Below are positions 51,605-64,000 of a stretch of DNA of 64,000 bases, piece after piece; positions within the stretch are counted from its first letter, which is position 1; each line of letters starts with the position of its first letter. The DNA lies in contig CAWDPO010000038.1 of assembly GCA_963804165.1 (NCBI GenBank), positions 1 through 64,000 on the forward strand. The letters are read 5' to 3'. This stretch comes from an uncultured delta proteobacterium (GTDB lineage: Bacteria; Desulfobacterota; Binatia; UBA9968). Under the pieces are notes generated by a model that saw only the letters and a list, made by a program, of their open reading frames with translations, did not search any database and was not told where the DNA came from. The position numbers and the translations under genes were made by a program.

Positions 51605-52378
51605 ATGAGCGTTGTGGCTATCATCCCGGCGCGCTATGGCTCGACCCGGCTGCCGGGAAAACCATTGGCTGCCATCGGCGGCAAACCGATGATCCAGCAT
51701 GTCTATGAAAGCGTATGCAAGGCGCGGGATTTGGATCGAGTCTTGGTTGCGACAGACGATCGTCGTATTGAACGAGCTGTAATGAGCTTTGGCGGTGAGG
51801 TGATGATGACATCGAAGCATCACGCCAGCGGCACCGACCGGTTGGCGGAAGTGGCGCGCAAGGTCAAGGCGGATTGGTTGGTGAACGTACAAGGTGACTT
51901 GCCGTTTATTCATGCGGAAACGATTGCACGAGCGGTGCGTCCCATGCGGCGAAATCGAGCGCTACCGATGGCGACCGTGTGCACGCCGATTTACGACTTC
52001 GCCGAATGGCGCGACCCCAATGTTGTCAAAGTCCTCAGTAACCGTGCTGGATTCGCGCTTTATTTTTCACGGGCGCCGATTCCTTACGTGCGGAACAGCG
52101 TGATTGACCCAGACGGGCAAGGATTGACGCGCCAACCGAAGCGGCGCTTGTGGGGTTATCGGCACTTGGGGCTATACGTCTATCGGCGCGACTTTCTATT
52201 TAAGTTTGCAGGACTACAGCGAACAGAGCTGGAAAGGATCGAGAGTTTGGAGCAGCTTCGGGCGCTCCAGAACGGTTACCTAATTTATGTCGCAAAGGTG
52301 GACGAGAGGTCGGTCGAAGTCGATACCCGGGAAGATTTAAAAAAGGCCGAGCGTTACTTGAAACTGCAGCTTAACTGA
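51605..52378 (+). CDS. kdsB: 3-deoxy-manno-octulosonate cytidylyltransferase
   Basis: IPARYGSTRLPGKPL, VNVQGD, LEQLRAL. Confidence 0.97.
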   Translation: MSVVAIIPARYGSTRLPGKPLAAIGGKPMIQHVYESVCKARDLDRVLVATDDRRIERAVMSFGGEVMMTSKHHASGTDRLAEVARKVKADWLVNVQGDLPFIHAETIARAVRPMRRNRALPMATVCTPIYDFAEWRDPNVVKVLSNRAGFALYFSRAPIPYVRNSVIDPDGQGLTRQPKRRLWGYRHLGLYVYRRDFLFKFAGLQRTELERIESLEQLRALQNGYLIYVAKVDERSVEVDTREDLKKAERYLKLQLN

Positions 52379-54034
<1,656 letters not shown>

Positions 54035-54048
54035 CGCCCGCTCGTTCG

Positions 54049-54885
54049 ATGACGCCCAAAATCATCACGATGGGGAAGTTTCAGATCGGTGGCGGATTGC
54101 CGCTTGTCGTGATCGCCGGCCCGTGCGTGATTGAAAGTAAAGAGTCGGCGTTGCGGCACGCCTCGGCGCTCAAAGAGAAGGCTGACCGCGTTGGGGTTCC
54201 TTACGTGTTTAAATCTTCCTATGACAAGGCGAACCGATCGTCGGTGAGCTCGTTTCGCGGACCCGGGCTGGAAAAAGGTCTGGAAATTCTCGCCGAGGTC
54301 AAAATTAAAGTCGGCGTGCCGATTCTTACCGACGTGCACGAAATCGACCAGGTCGAGCCAGTAAAAAAAGTTGCCGACATCCTGCAAATTCCCGCGTTTC
54401 TCTGCCGTCAGACGGATTTCGTCCTGGCAGTGGCCAATTCCGGCAAAATCATCAATGTAAAAAAAGGCCAATTTCTCGCGCCCTGGGACATGGGCAATAT
54501 CGTCGAGAAAATCCGCTCGACCGGCAACGACCAAATCCTGCTCACCGAGCGCGGCGCTTCCTTCGGTTACAACAACTTGGTTTCCGATATGCGCGCGCTC
54601 GTCGTGATGCGCGAGCTCGGTTACCCCGTGGTCTTCGACGCGACCCACAGTCTGCAATTGCCAGGTGGTCTGGGACACGCCTCCGGCGGCGAGCGCAAGT
54701 ATATTCCCGCATTGGCTCGCGCCGCTGTGGCAGCGGGCGTCGATGCGCTTTTTATGGAGGTTCATGACGACCCAGACCACGCCAAAAGCGACGGGCCGAA
54801 CTCGCTCGATCTAAAGGATTTCGAAGGTCTGCTTAGGGTCGTCAAACAACTCGACGATTTGGTGAAGGCCGGCGGTCAACGATGA
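54049..54885 (+). CDS. kdsA: KDO-8-phosphate synthase
   Basis: [24 protein letters not shown]. Confidence 0.98.
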   Translation: MTPKIITMGKFQIGGGLPLVVIAGPCVIESKESALRHASALKEKADRVGVPYVFKSSYDKANRSSVSSFRGPGLEKGLEILAEVKIKVGVPILTDVHEIDQVEPVKKVADILQIPAFLCRQTDFVLAVANSGKIINVKKGQFLAPWDMGNIVEKIRSTGNDQILLTERGASFGYNNLVSDMRALVVMRELGYPVVFDATHSLQLPGGLGHASGGERKYIPALARAAVAAGVDALFMEVHDDPDHAKSDGPNSLDLKDFEGLLRVVKQLDDLVKAGGQR

Positions 54886-55865
54886 AGGCCGGGGAAATCC
54901 TAAAGCGCGCGGCCGACGTGCTGCGGATTGAGTCCAACGGGATCCTGTCGCTTATTGACCAGCTCGACGAAAATTTCGTTCGTGCCGTCGAGCTCCTGCG
55001 CGAATGTCGCGGTAAAGTCGTGGTTACGGGGATGGGTAAGTCGGGATTGATCTGCCGGAAGATTGCCGCGACTTTAGCCAGCACAGGCACTCCGGCTTTC
55101 TTTCTTCATTCAGGCGACGGCATGCACGGTGATCTCGGCATGGTGATGAAGGGCGACGCGATTCTCGCCGTGTCCAATAGCGGTGAAACTGACGAGATCC
55201 TTAAGCTCCTGCCCCATTTCAAGCTGCATGGCCTTCAGGTGATCGTCATGACCGGCAATCCTGATTCGACTCTTGCCAAGGCAGGCGATGTGGTCCTTAA
55301 CGTTGCTGTTACAGACGAGGCTTGTCCGCTGGGATTGGCGCCGACCGCCAGTACGACCGCGGCGCTAGCGATGGGTGACGCTTTGGCAGTGGTCTTACTC
55401 GAAGAGAAGGGATTTAAGGAAGAGGACTTCGCGCTCAGGCATCCGGGGGGTATTTTGGGCCGCAAGCTGCTCTTAAGGGTCGAAGATTTGATGCATGGCG
55501 GCGAACAGCTTCCGCTTGTCAGGCAGGACACGCCCATGAAGGAAGCCCTTTTTGAAATTACCTCAAAACGGTTGGGCGTCACAGGTGTGACGGATGGGCA
55601 AGGTGATTTAATCGGCATTATAACCGACGGTGACTTGCGTCGCGGGTTGCAAACTCATGGCGACGGGATTTTTAGTAAAAGAGCCGTTGAAATCATGACC
55701 CGGCAGCCGCGCACCATCGAAAAAGATCTCTTGGCGGCTCAGGCGCTGGCGACGATGGAAGAAAATTCGCCGCGTCCCATTACCTCCTTGTTTGTTCTTG
55801 AACGCGGCGCCGCAAGACCCATCGGCATCATTCATCTGCACGATATTCTCAAAGCCGGGATCTGA
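54882..55865 (+). CDS. kdsD: Arabinose-5-phosphate isomerase (KpsF/GutQ)
   Basis: SIS domain GMGKSG...[15 protein letters not shown], and a CBS pair. Confidence 0.95.
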   Translation: MKAGEILKRAADVLRIESNGILSLIDQLDENFVRAVELLRECRGKVVVTGMGKSGLICRKIAATLASTGTPAFFLHSGDGMHGDLGMVMKGDAILAVSNSGETDEILKLLPHFKLHGLQVIVMTGNPDSTLAKAGDVVLNVAVTDEACPLGLAPTASTTAALAMGDALAVVLLEEKGFKEEDFALRHPGGILGRKLLLRVEDLMHGGEQLPLVRQDTPMKEALFEITSKRLGVTGVTDGQGDLIGIITDGDLRRGLQTHGDGIFSKRAVEIMTRQPRTIEKDLLAAQALATMEENSPRPITSLFVLERGAARPIGIIHLHDILKAGI

Positions 55866-55872
55866 CCCCTCT

Positions 55873-56406
55873 GTGAAGCGTATTTCTGCCAACGTTCGCG
55901 CTAAAGCGAAAAAGATACAGCTGCTTCTTTTGGATGTCGACGGCGTGTTGACTGACGGGCGGATCATCATCGATGAGCGCGGTGTGGAGACGAAACAGTT
56001 CCACGTTCGCGACGGTCAAGGGATCGCCTTGCTGCTACGGTCAGGAATCGAAGTCGGTTTCATTACTTCGCGTACTTCTGCGAGCGTACGCCATCGGGCA
56101 AAGGAATTGGGAGTACGGCTCGTCCGTCAGGGCGTGCAAGACAAACTGCGGGCTTATAACGAAATCAAGCGCGCCCGCGGTCTTAAAGACGCTCAGATCG
56201 CATACGTTGGCGACGACCTCGTAGACCTGGCGATTTTACGGCAGACCGGACTTGCCGTTTGCGTGGCGGATAGCTCACGGGAGCTGGTAACAAATGTCGA
56301 TCTAGTAACTGCCGCGCGAGGTGGCAGGGGAGCTGTTAGAGAGACCGCCGACTTACTACTTCATGCCCAAAATAAGTGGCCTGGCCTAAGGAGGCTATTC
56401 TTGTAA
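55873..56406 (+). CDS. kdsC: KDO-8-phosphate phosphatase
   Basis: LDVDGVLTDG, YVGDDLVD, GGRGAVRE. Confidence 0.95.
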   Translation: MKRISANVRAKAKKIQLLLLDVDGVLTDGRIIIDERGVETKQFHVRDGQGIALLLRSGIEVGFITSRTSASVRHRAKELGVRLVRQGVQDKLRAYNEIKRARGLKDAQIAYVGDDLVDLAILRQTGLAVCVADSSRELVTNVDLVTAARGGRGAVRETADLLLHAQNKWPGLRRLFL

Positions 56407-56441
56407 CTTGCGATAACCTTACCCGTTTCATATTATTTTAA

Positions 56442-56457
56442 AGCAATTTTCGTGCCG
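56442..56457 (-). promoter_or_regulatory. Sigma54 consensus in antisense orientation upstream of lptC-lptA-lptB-rpoN
   Basis: Minus strand CGGCACG-AAAA-TTGCT (GG-N10-GC). Confidence 0.55.
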
Positions 56458-56513
56458 ATTCCTTTACAGAGCTGCGTAAGAGTGGTATTTTTGCACATAA
56501 CTAGTTGGTTCAA

Positions 56514-57140
56514 ATGCGTAGAGTCCGCCGCTCAATATTATTACTCGCCATAATTCTTTCCTTAGGCGGGGTAGCGTTTAAGGTCACGGAAATCGTTCGG
56601 CGCGTGCATAAGGAAACGAAAACAAACCCGATTAAGGTTTTGGATTACCTGCCGGAATCAGCCCTTAGCTTAAAAGACTTTCATCGTGCGAAAATCGAAA
56701 ACGGCCGCAAAGTGTGGGAGCTGTTTGGCGAGGAGGCGAATTATTTTAAGGAGCAAAGAGAAGCGGTCGTCAAGAAACCACGGTTTCACTATTACGATAA
56801 AAAGGGAGAGTTGGCGGAAACCACCGCCGATCAGGCTTTAATTTACCTCAACGAAAGGGAACTCGAAAAAATGGAGCTTCGTGGCGGGATACAAGTTACC
56901 TTTCAGGGTTATGTGCTTAAATCGGCAGAAGCCAACTACCTGCCGGCGAAGGACCAGATTGTCCTGCCGACCCACACGACCGTGGTCGGAGATGGGATTG
57001 AGGTGGAAGGTTCGCGTATGGAAGTAGACTTGGAGCCTAAGAAGATTCGTCTTGTGAACGCCGTGAAGACCAAGATCGAGCCGGAAAAGTTGGCCAAAAA
57101 AAAGAATGGTGCTGGCTCGAAGCCGCGGATCGGGGGATAA
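56514..57140 (+). CDS. lptC: LPS export ABC transporter periplasmic protein LptC
   Basis: Single N-terminal TM and beta-jellyroll-like sequence, in the syntenic position between kdsC and lptA. Confidence 0.8.
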   Translation: MRRVRRSILLLAIILSLGGVAFKVTEIVRRVHKETKTNPIKVLDYLPESALSLKDFHRAKIENGRKVWELFGEEANYFKEQREAVVKKPRFHYYDKKGELAETTADQALIYLNERELEKMELRGGIQVTFQGYVLKSAEANYLPAKDQIVLPTHTTVVGDGIEVEGSRMEVDLEPKKIRLVNAVKTKIEPEKLAKKKNGAGSKPRIGG

Positions 57141-57144
57141 TGTA

Positions 57145-57702
57145 ATGCGTGTGCCTGTGGGGCTCTTGTTGCTTGCGTTTTTGATTCTGACTGTTCCAGT
57201 TGGGGTGAGCGGGGGCGCCGCGCCGGCAAAGGATGAAAACAAAAAAGGCTCCTCGGCATTTGAATTCAACAAGAAGGACCCGATCTATATCACGTCGGAT
57301 TGGATGGAGTTCGATCAAACCAAAAATACCATCACGTATAAGGGACGCGTCGTTGCGATTCAAACTGACATGACCATGCGCAGCGAAACATTGACCGCCT
57401 TCTATGACGCCGAGACGAAGCAGATGAAACAGATTGTCGCCGAGGGAAAAGTGAACGCCACACAGGGCAATCGAATCGCTACGGGCGAAAAGGCTGTGTT
57501 TGACGACAAGACGAAGACCGTGACTCTCACCGGAAGCCCGGTCATGCGCCAAGGAAACAGTCAGATGAGCGGCGTGAAGGTCATCTTCTATACGGAACAA
57601 GAGAAGGCTGTTGTTGAAGGCGCTGGCGACGTCAGAGTCAAGGCCGTTATCTTTCCAGAAGAGTTGAAGAACAAGGAGCAGGGGGATGCTCAGCAGAAAT
57701 GA
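57145..57702 (+). CDS. lptA: LPS transport periplasmic protein LptA
   Basis: PIYITSD, ATGEKAVFD, LTGSP; synteny. Confidence 0.88.
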   Translation: MRVPVGLLLLAFLILTVPVGVSGGAAPAKDENKKGSSAFEFNKKDPIYITSDWMEFDQTKNTITYKGRVVAIQTDMTMRSETLTAFYDAETKQMKQIVAEGKVNATQGNRIATGEKAVFDDKTKTVTLTGSPVMRQGNSQMSGVKVIFYTEQEKAVVEGAGDVRVKAVIFPEELKNKEQGDAQQK

Positions 57703-58421
57703 GCGTCCTCAAAGCCGTGTCCGTGGCCAAGTCGTACGGCGGACGGCGGGTTGTAAACGGTATTCATTTGGAAGTGCGGGGGGGCGAGGTCGTCGGTTTG
57801 TTAGGTCCTAACGGTGCCGGCAAGACGACCACATTTCATATCCTTGTGGGTTTGGTTCAGCCCGATGAAGGTCGCGTTTTCATGAATGACGAAGATTTCA
57901 CTGAGGCGCCAATTTATCAAAGAGCGAGAGCCGGGATGAGCTACCTTCCCCAAGAATCGTCGGTCTTCCGCCAACTCTCGGTGGAAGATAATTTGCGGGC
58001 GATCCTTCAGACGCTTGATTTGAATGCTTCGGAGCAACAGGAACGCGCCGCGGCACTGATGAAGATGCTCGGTATCGACCACTTGGCTACACACAAGGCT
58101 TTCACGCTTTCGGGCGGAGAACGGCGCAGAGTCGAAATCGCTCGGGCACTGGTCCTTGCGCCGTTCTTTTTGCTCCTCGATGAGCCGTTTACGGGAATCG
58201 ACCCGATTGCCGTCGCTGAAATCCAAAAGATCGTCCGCCGCCTGATTAGCAGCGGCATCGGCATTTTGATCACGGACCACAATGTTCGGGAAACGTTGGG
58301 AATCTGCGACCGGGCTTATATCGTGAACGAAGGAACGATACTCGAAGAGGGCACGCCTGAGACGATTGCAGCGAGCGCAAAGGCGCGCAAATTTTATTTG
58401 GGAGAAGGCTTTAAGTTCTAA
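57699..58421 (+). CDS. lptB: LPS export ABC ATPase
   Basis: GPNGAGKTT, YLPQE, LSGGERRRVEIAR, ITDHNVRETL. Confidence 0.97.
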   Translation: MSVLKAVSVAKSYGGRRVVNGIHLEVRGGEVVGLLGPNGAGKTTTFHILVGLVQPDEGRVFMNDEDFTEAPIYQRARAGMSYLPQESSVFRQLSVEDNLRAILQTLDLNASEQQERAAALMKMLGIDHLATHKAFTLSGGERRRVEIARALVLAPFFLLLDEPFTGIDPIAVAEIQKIVRRLISSGIGILITDHNVRETLGICDRAYIVNEGTILEEGTPETIAASAKARKFYLGEGFKF

Positions 58422-58423
58422 AT

Positions 58424-59902
58424 ATGGCTCTTGAGATACGACAAGTTCAAAAGCTGACCCAGCAGCTCGTTATGACGCCGCAGTTGCAGCAAGCCATCAA
58501 GTTGCTGCAGCTGTCCCGGTTAGAACTGGAAGAGATGGTGGTCAAGGAGCTCCAGGAAAATCCCGCTCTGGAAGAAGGACCCGCAGAGGAAGCCGAGAGC
58601 GGGGGTGAGCCGCCGCGACCCGAAACAGCCTTAAGCGCGCCCGATGATTCTTCGGAACTGGTGCTTAACCGGGAGCTCTCCGCCGTAGATAAGATCGGCA
58701 CTTTGGATTGGCAGGAGTATCTTGATACCCACTCTAACTCGATTCACGGTTCCCTCACCGCCGAAGCCACTTCGGAAGACGGGGACTCGCCGCCGTCGTG
58801 GGAAAATAGCCTGACCAAAAAGACAACCTTGGAAGACCATTTGATCTGGCAGCTTCGACTTTCGAAGATCACCGAGGAGGAATCGAATATCGGCCTCTAT
58901 GTGATTCAGAATCTCGACGAGAACGGTTACCTGGTGCTGAGTCGAGAGGAGATTTGCAACGCTACGGGAAGGACCCCGGAGGAGGTCGAAGCGGTTCTCA
59001 CGCGCATCCACTTTTTCGATCCGGTCGGGGTGGCGGCGCAGGATCTACGCGAATGCCTCTTGATTCAGCTTGAAAACCTGCGTCTCAGCGATAGTCTGGC
59101 AGCAAAAATTATCGCCAATTATTTGCATTTTCTCGAATCCAAACGTTACGAAAAGCTGGCCAAGGATTTAGGTGTTACGATCGATGAAATCGCCGAGGCC
59201 TCTCATCTCATTGCCACCCTCGAGCCCAAGCCGTCGCGCGGCTTCGAGCAGGACGAGGTCAGGACGGTATTGCCTGATGTTTTCGTCGAGAAAGTCGGCG
59301 ACGAATATGTCATTTTTTTGAACGATGACGGCGTGCCGCGGTTGCGCGTCAATTCGCTCTATCGACGCCTGGCTGGCCAGGAAGGAGCGGCGGAAGAACA
59401 GGCGCGCCAATATCTCCAAGAAAAAGTTCGCGCCGCTCACTGGCTGATCAAGAGCATCCAACAGCGCCAGCAGACGCTATTTCGTGTCACCCAGAGCATC
59501 TTCAAGTTTCAACAGGAATTTCTCGACCATGGGGTGAGCACTCTCAAGCCGATGGTGCTGCGCGACGTCGCCGAAGATATCGATATGCACGAATCGACGG
59601 TGAGCCGCGCCACGGCCAATAAGTATGTCCATACGCCGCAGGGCCTCTACGAACTCAAGTTTTTTTTCCAGAGTGGTTTGCGCGGTGGCAACGGCGAAGA
59701 CGTCGCGAGCGAAAGCGTCAAGGAGAAAATCCGCGGAATTATCGCGGCGGAGGATCAACGCAAACCGTACAGCGATCAACATATCGCGGCGATGTTGTCG
59801 ACGGACTCAATTGAGATCGCCCGGCGTACTGTGGCCAAGTATCGCGAAGCCATGGGTATTCTCCCTTCCTCAAAACGCAGACAACCGTTCCTCCGCAAAT
59901 AA
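58424..59902 (+). CDS. rpoN: RNA polymerase sigma-54 factor
   Basis: TPQLQQAIKLLQL, HESTVSR, RpoN box ARRTVAKYR. Confidence 0.99.
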   Translation: MALEIRQVQKLTQQLVMTPQLQQAIKLLQLSRLELEEMVVKELQENPALEEGPAEEAESGGEPPRPETALSAPDDSSELVLNRELSAVDKIGTLDWQEYLDTHSNSIHGSLTAEATSEDGDSPPSWENSLTKKTTLEDHLIWQLRLSKITEEESNIGLYVIQNLDENGYLVLSREEICNATGRTPEEVEAVLTRIHFFDPVGVAAQDLRECLLIQLENLRLSDSLAAKIIANYLHFLESKRYEKLAKDLGVTIDEIAEASHLIATLEPKPSRGFEQDEVRTVLPDVFVEKVGDEYVIFLNDDGVPRLRVNSLYRRLAGQEGAAEEQARQYLQEKVRAAHWLIKSIQQRQQTLFRVTQSIFKFQQEFLDHGVSTLKPMVLRDVAEDIDMHESTVSRATANKYVHTPQGLYELKFFFQSGLRGGNGEDVASESVKEKIRGIIAAEDQRKPYSDQHIAAMLSTDSIEIARRTVAKYREAMGILPSSKRRQPFLRK

Positions 59903-59926
59903 TTTTCCAAGACATGGGTCGAGACG

Positions 59927-60244
59927 ATGAGCGAGATCAAGGTTTCGGTAACTTTTCGTCACACGCGGCCCACGGAGGCGTTGAAGCGCTACGCCGAGCA
60001 AAAAATTCACCGCATCGGAAAGTATTTTTCTCGTCCTCTGGATGCCCACGTGATCCTCGCGGTAGATGCGAAAGAACGTCAAATCGCGGAGGTCGAGCTG
60101 CACGCGCACGGCACGATGATCCTCGGCAAAGAACAGCATCAAGATCTATACGCCGCAATCGATCTGGCGATCGATAAAATTGAGCGTCAAATCAAAAAAC
60201 AAAAGGAAAAAACCAAGGTTCAGAGAAGAAGGTCACACGCGTGA
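59927..60244 (+). CDS. hpf: Ribosome hibernation promoting factor (short form)
   Basis: DLYAAIDLAIDKIERQ, downstream of rpoN. Confidence 0.92.
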   Translation: MSEIKVSVTFRHTRPTEALKRYAEQKIHRIGKYFSRPLDAHVILAVDAKERQIAEVELHAHGTMILGKEQHQDLYAAIDLAIDKIERQIKKQKEKTKVQRRRSHA

Positions 60245-60702
60245 AAATTACCGATTTCCTCAACGCCGAAGCGATCATTCCAGCCCTCGAAAGCAAGGAA
60301 AAAAATGCCGCCCTCGAAGAAATGGCCGGCTGGTTAGCGTCCAATCATCATCCCTTAGAAAAGAAACAGGTTCTCGACGTGCTCCTCGAGCGAGAAAGGA
60401 TCAGTACCACGGCGATCGGCGAAGGCGTCGCAATTCCCCACGGTAAGCTTCCCGGAGTGGAGCGAGTGCTGGGAGTTTTCGCGCGCAGTCCCGAGGGAGT
60501 CGATTTCGCTTCGTTAGACGGCGCGCCGACGCATTTGTTTTTCGTGCTGATCGCCCCTGAAAACGCCGCGGCAGACCACTTAAAGGCTTTGGCGCGGATT
60601 TCTCGGCTGCTCAAAGACGAAATCTTTCGACGCCGCCTCATGGCTGGACGGTCGAGCCAGGAACTTTACGCGATCATCTCAGAAGAGGACGACAAGTTTT
60701 GA
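60241..60702 (+). CDS. ptsN: PTS IIA nitrogen-regulatory protein
   Basis: RERISTTAIGEGVAIPHG, HLKALARISR. Confidence 0.92.
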   Translation: MKITDFLNAEAIIPALESKEKNAALEEMAGWLASNHHPLEKKQVLDVLLERERISTTAIGEGVAIPHGKLPGVERVLGVFARSPEGVDFASLDGAPTHLFFVLIAPENAAADHLKALARISRLLKDEIFRRRLMAGRSSQELYAIISEEDDKF

Positions 60703-60708
60703 TTGCCT

Positions 60709-61575
60709 ATGGCCGACGGCTTGGACATTATTATTATCACCGGCCTTTCGGGGTCAGGACGAAGCTTTGCGATCCGCGCTCTCGAAGATAACGGCTTTTT
60801 CTGCGTCGACAATCTTCCCGCGCTACTGATCCCGAGATTCATTGATCTCTGTCACGGCTACCAAGAGGAAATCAGGCGCATTGCGCTCGGCGTCGATCTA
60901 CGCGGCAGCCGGTTCCTGCAGGCGCTACCCCAGGTTCTTACCGACGTGCGCGCTGCGGGTCACCACGTTCAGGTTTTGTTTTTCGATGCATCGGACGAGG
61001 TGTTGTTGCGCCGCTTCAGTGAAACGCGCCGGCCGCATCCGCTGGCCGGCCAAGGTTCGATCTTGGACGGTATTTCGCGCGAACGAAAAGCGCTGGAACC
61101 GATCCGCGCCATGGCCGACAAAGTCATTGACACGAGCGATTTCAATGTGCACCAGCTCAAAACCGAAATGGAGCAGCATTTTTGCCAAGCGCCGCAGGCG
61201 CGCCGTATGGCGCTGTTCTTCACTTCCTTTGGTTACAAGTATGGCATTCCGCATGACACGGACATGATCCTCGACGTGCGATTTTTGCCGAATCCGTATT
61301 TCGTCAACGAGCTGCGTCCCAAGACTGGACTCGATCCGGAGGTCCGCGACTTCGTGCTGCGTGACCAAGAAACCCGAGCGTATCTTGATCGGTTGTACGC
61401 GTTGCTCGAGTTTACCTTGCCGCTCTACGAGCGCGAAGGCAAAAGCAGTCTCACTCTGGCTCTGGGATGCACCGGTGGCCGACATCGTTCCGTTGTCCTG
61501 GTGGAAGAATTACAACAAAGACTTGGCGATGGAGATTTTCGCGTTCACATCAAGCACCGTGACATCGACAAATGA
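60709..61575 (+). CDS. rapZ: RNase adapter RapZ
   Basis: TGLSGSGRS, CVDNLP, SFGYKYG, GCTGGRHRSV. Confidence 0.96.
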   Translation: MADGLDIIIITGLSGSGRSFAIRALEDNGFFCVDNLPALLIPRFIDLCHGYQEEIRRIALGVDLRGSRFLQALPQVLTDVRAAGHHVQVLFFDASDEVLLRRFSETRRPHPLAGQGSILDGISRERKALEPIRAMADKVIDTSDFNVHQLKTEMEQHFCQAPQARRMALFFTSFGYKYGIPHDTDMILDVRFLPNPYFVNELRPKTGLDPEVRDFVLRDQETRAYLDRLYALLEFTLPLYEREGKSSLTLALGCTGGRHRSVVLVEELQQRLGDGDFRVHIKHRDIDK

Positions 61576-61579
61576 CCCC

Positions 61580-61855
61580 ATGAGCAAAGTCGTCAAAAGA
61601 ATCGAAATCAAAAACAAGCTTGGGTTGCACGCGCGCGCGGCAGCATTGTTGGTACAAACGGTTAACAAGTTCTCTGCCCAGGTCAATTTTACCAAGGATG
61701 GCCAGACCACCGACGGAAGAAGTATCATGGGAGTGCTCACGTTGGCCGGCACTCAAGGCAGCAAAATTCAAGTAGAAGCGAACGGCGAGGACGCGGAGCG
61801 CGCCGTCAAGGCGATCGAAAAGCTCATCGATAATCGCTTCAACGAAAACGAGTAA
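61580..61855 (+). CDS. ptsH: HPr-family phosphocarrier
   Basis: GLHARAA (His15), DGRSIMG (Ser46). Confidence 0.92.
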   Translation: MSKVVKRIEIKNKLGLHARAAALLVQTVNKFSAQVNFTKDGQTTDGRSIMGVLTLAGTQGSKIQVEANGEDAERAVKAIEKLIDNRFNENE

Positions 61856-61931
61856 GGTTGATTACGCCCATCCTATTCGCTATACAAGATGGATTAAAAT
61901 TTCGTTTTCTTAACTCTCTGGAGGTCGTCTC

Positions 61932-64000
<2,069 letters not shown>

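Noticed and set aside
51095-51913. 272-aa minus-strand ORF and other long antisense ORFs (37039..38139, 38149..38958, 52607..53641)
   Set aside because: They overlap well-supported genes on the opposite strand and have no recognisable motifs, as expected for GC-rich shadow ORFs.
61856-61931. SAM/SAH riboswitch before metK
   Set aside because: The gap is 76 nt and AT-rich, and has no recognisable aptamer consensus.

Overview
GC-rich bacterial DNA. Gene content and intergenic repeat style suggest a Deltaproteobacteria/Candidatus Binatia-like organism, which is an inference only. The window has two parts. (1) 1-30.2 kb is a single-strand (minus) tandem array of 23 full-length paralogues of the ABC_sub_bind-type (PF04392-like) substrate-binding protein (SBP), plus the start of a probable 24th at the window edge. 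No permease or ATPase is present. Unrelated cargo genes are interspersed: an NMT1-type SBP, a nucleotidyltransferase TA-like pair, TenA, an alpha/beta hydrolase and a vanadium haloperoxidase-like PAP2 protein. Three cargo loci are followed by an orphan copy of the conserved SBP 3' tail, and one unit is reduced to that 42-bp tail alone. Units are joined by several families of heptamer-repeat leaders, some with ATGA stop/start coupling, and leader type does not track with SBP body type. This looks like a cassette-like, recombination-built array headed by a sigma54-type promoter. (2) 30.5-64 kb holds metabolic and housekeeping genes: AI-2E transporter, a likely OsmC selenoprotein (in-frame TGA plus SECIS-like hairpin), thioredoxin-TPR protein, TPP enzyme, putA, hydrolases, diiron proteins, SBPs, a multi-sensor diguanylate cyclase, and kdsB-pyrG-kdsA-kdsD-kdsC-lptCAB-rpoN-hpf-ptsN-rapZ-HPr-metK-ahcY. 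Patchy frameshifts may be sequencing indels rather than true pseudogenes.
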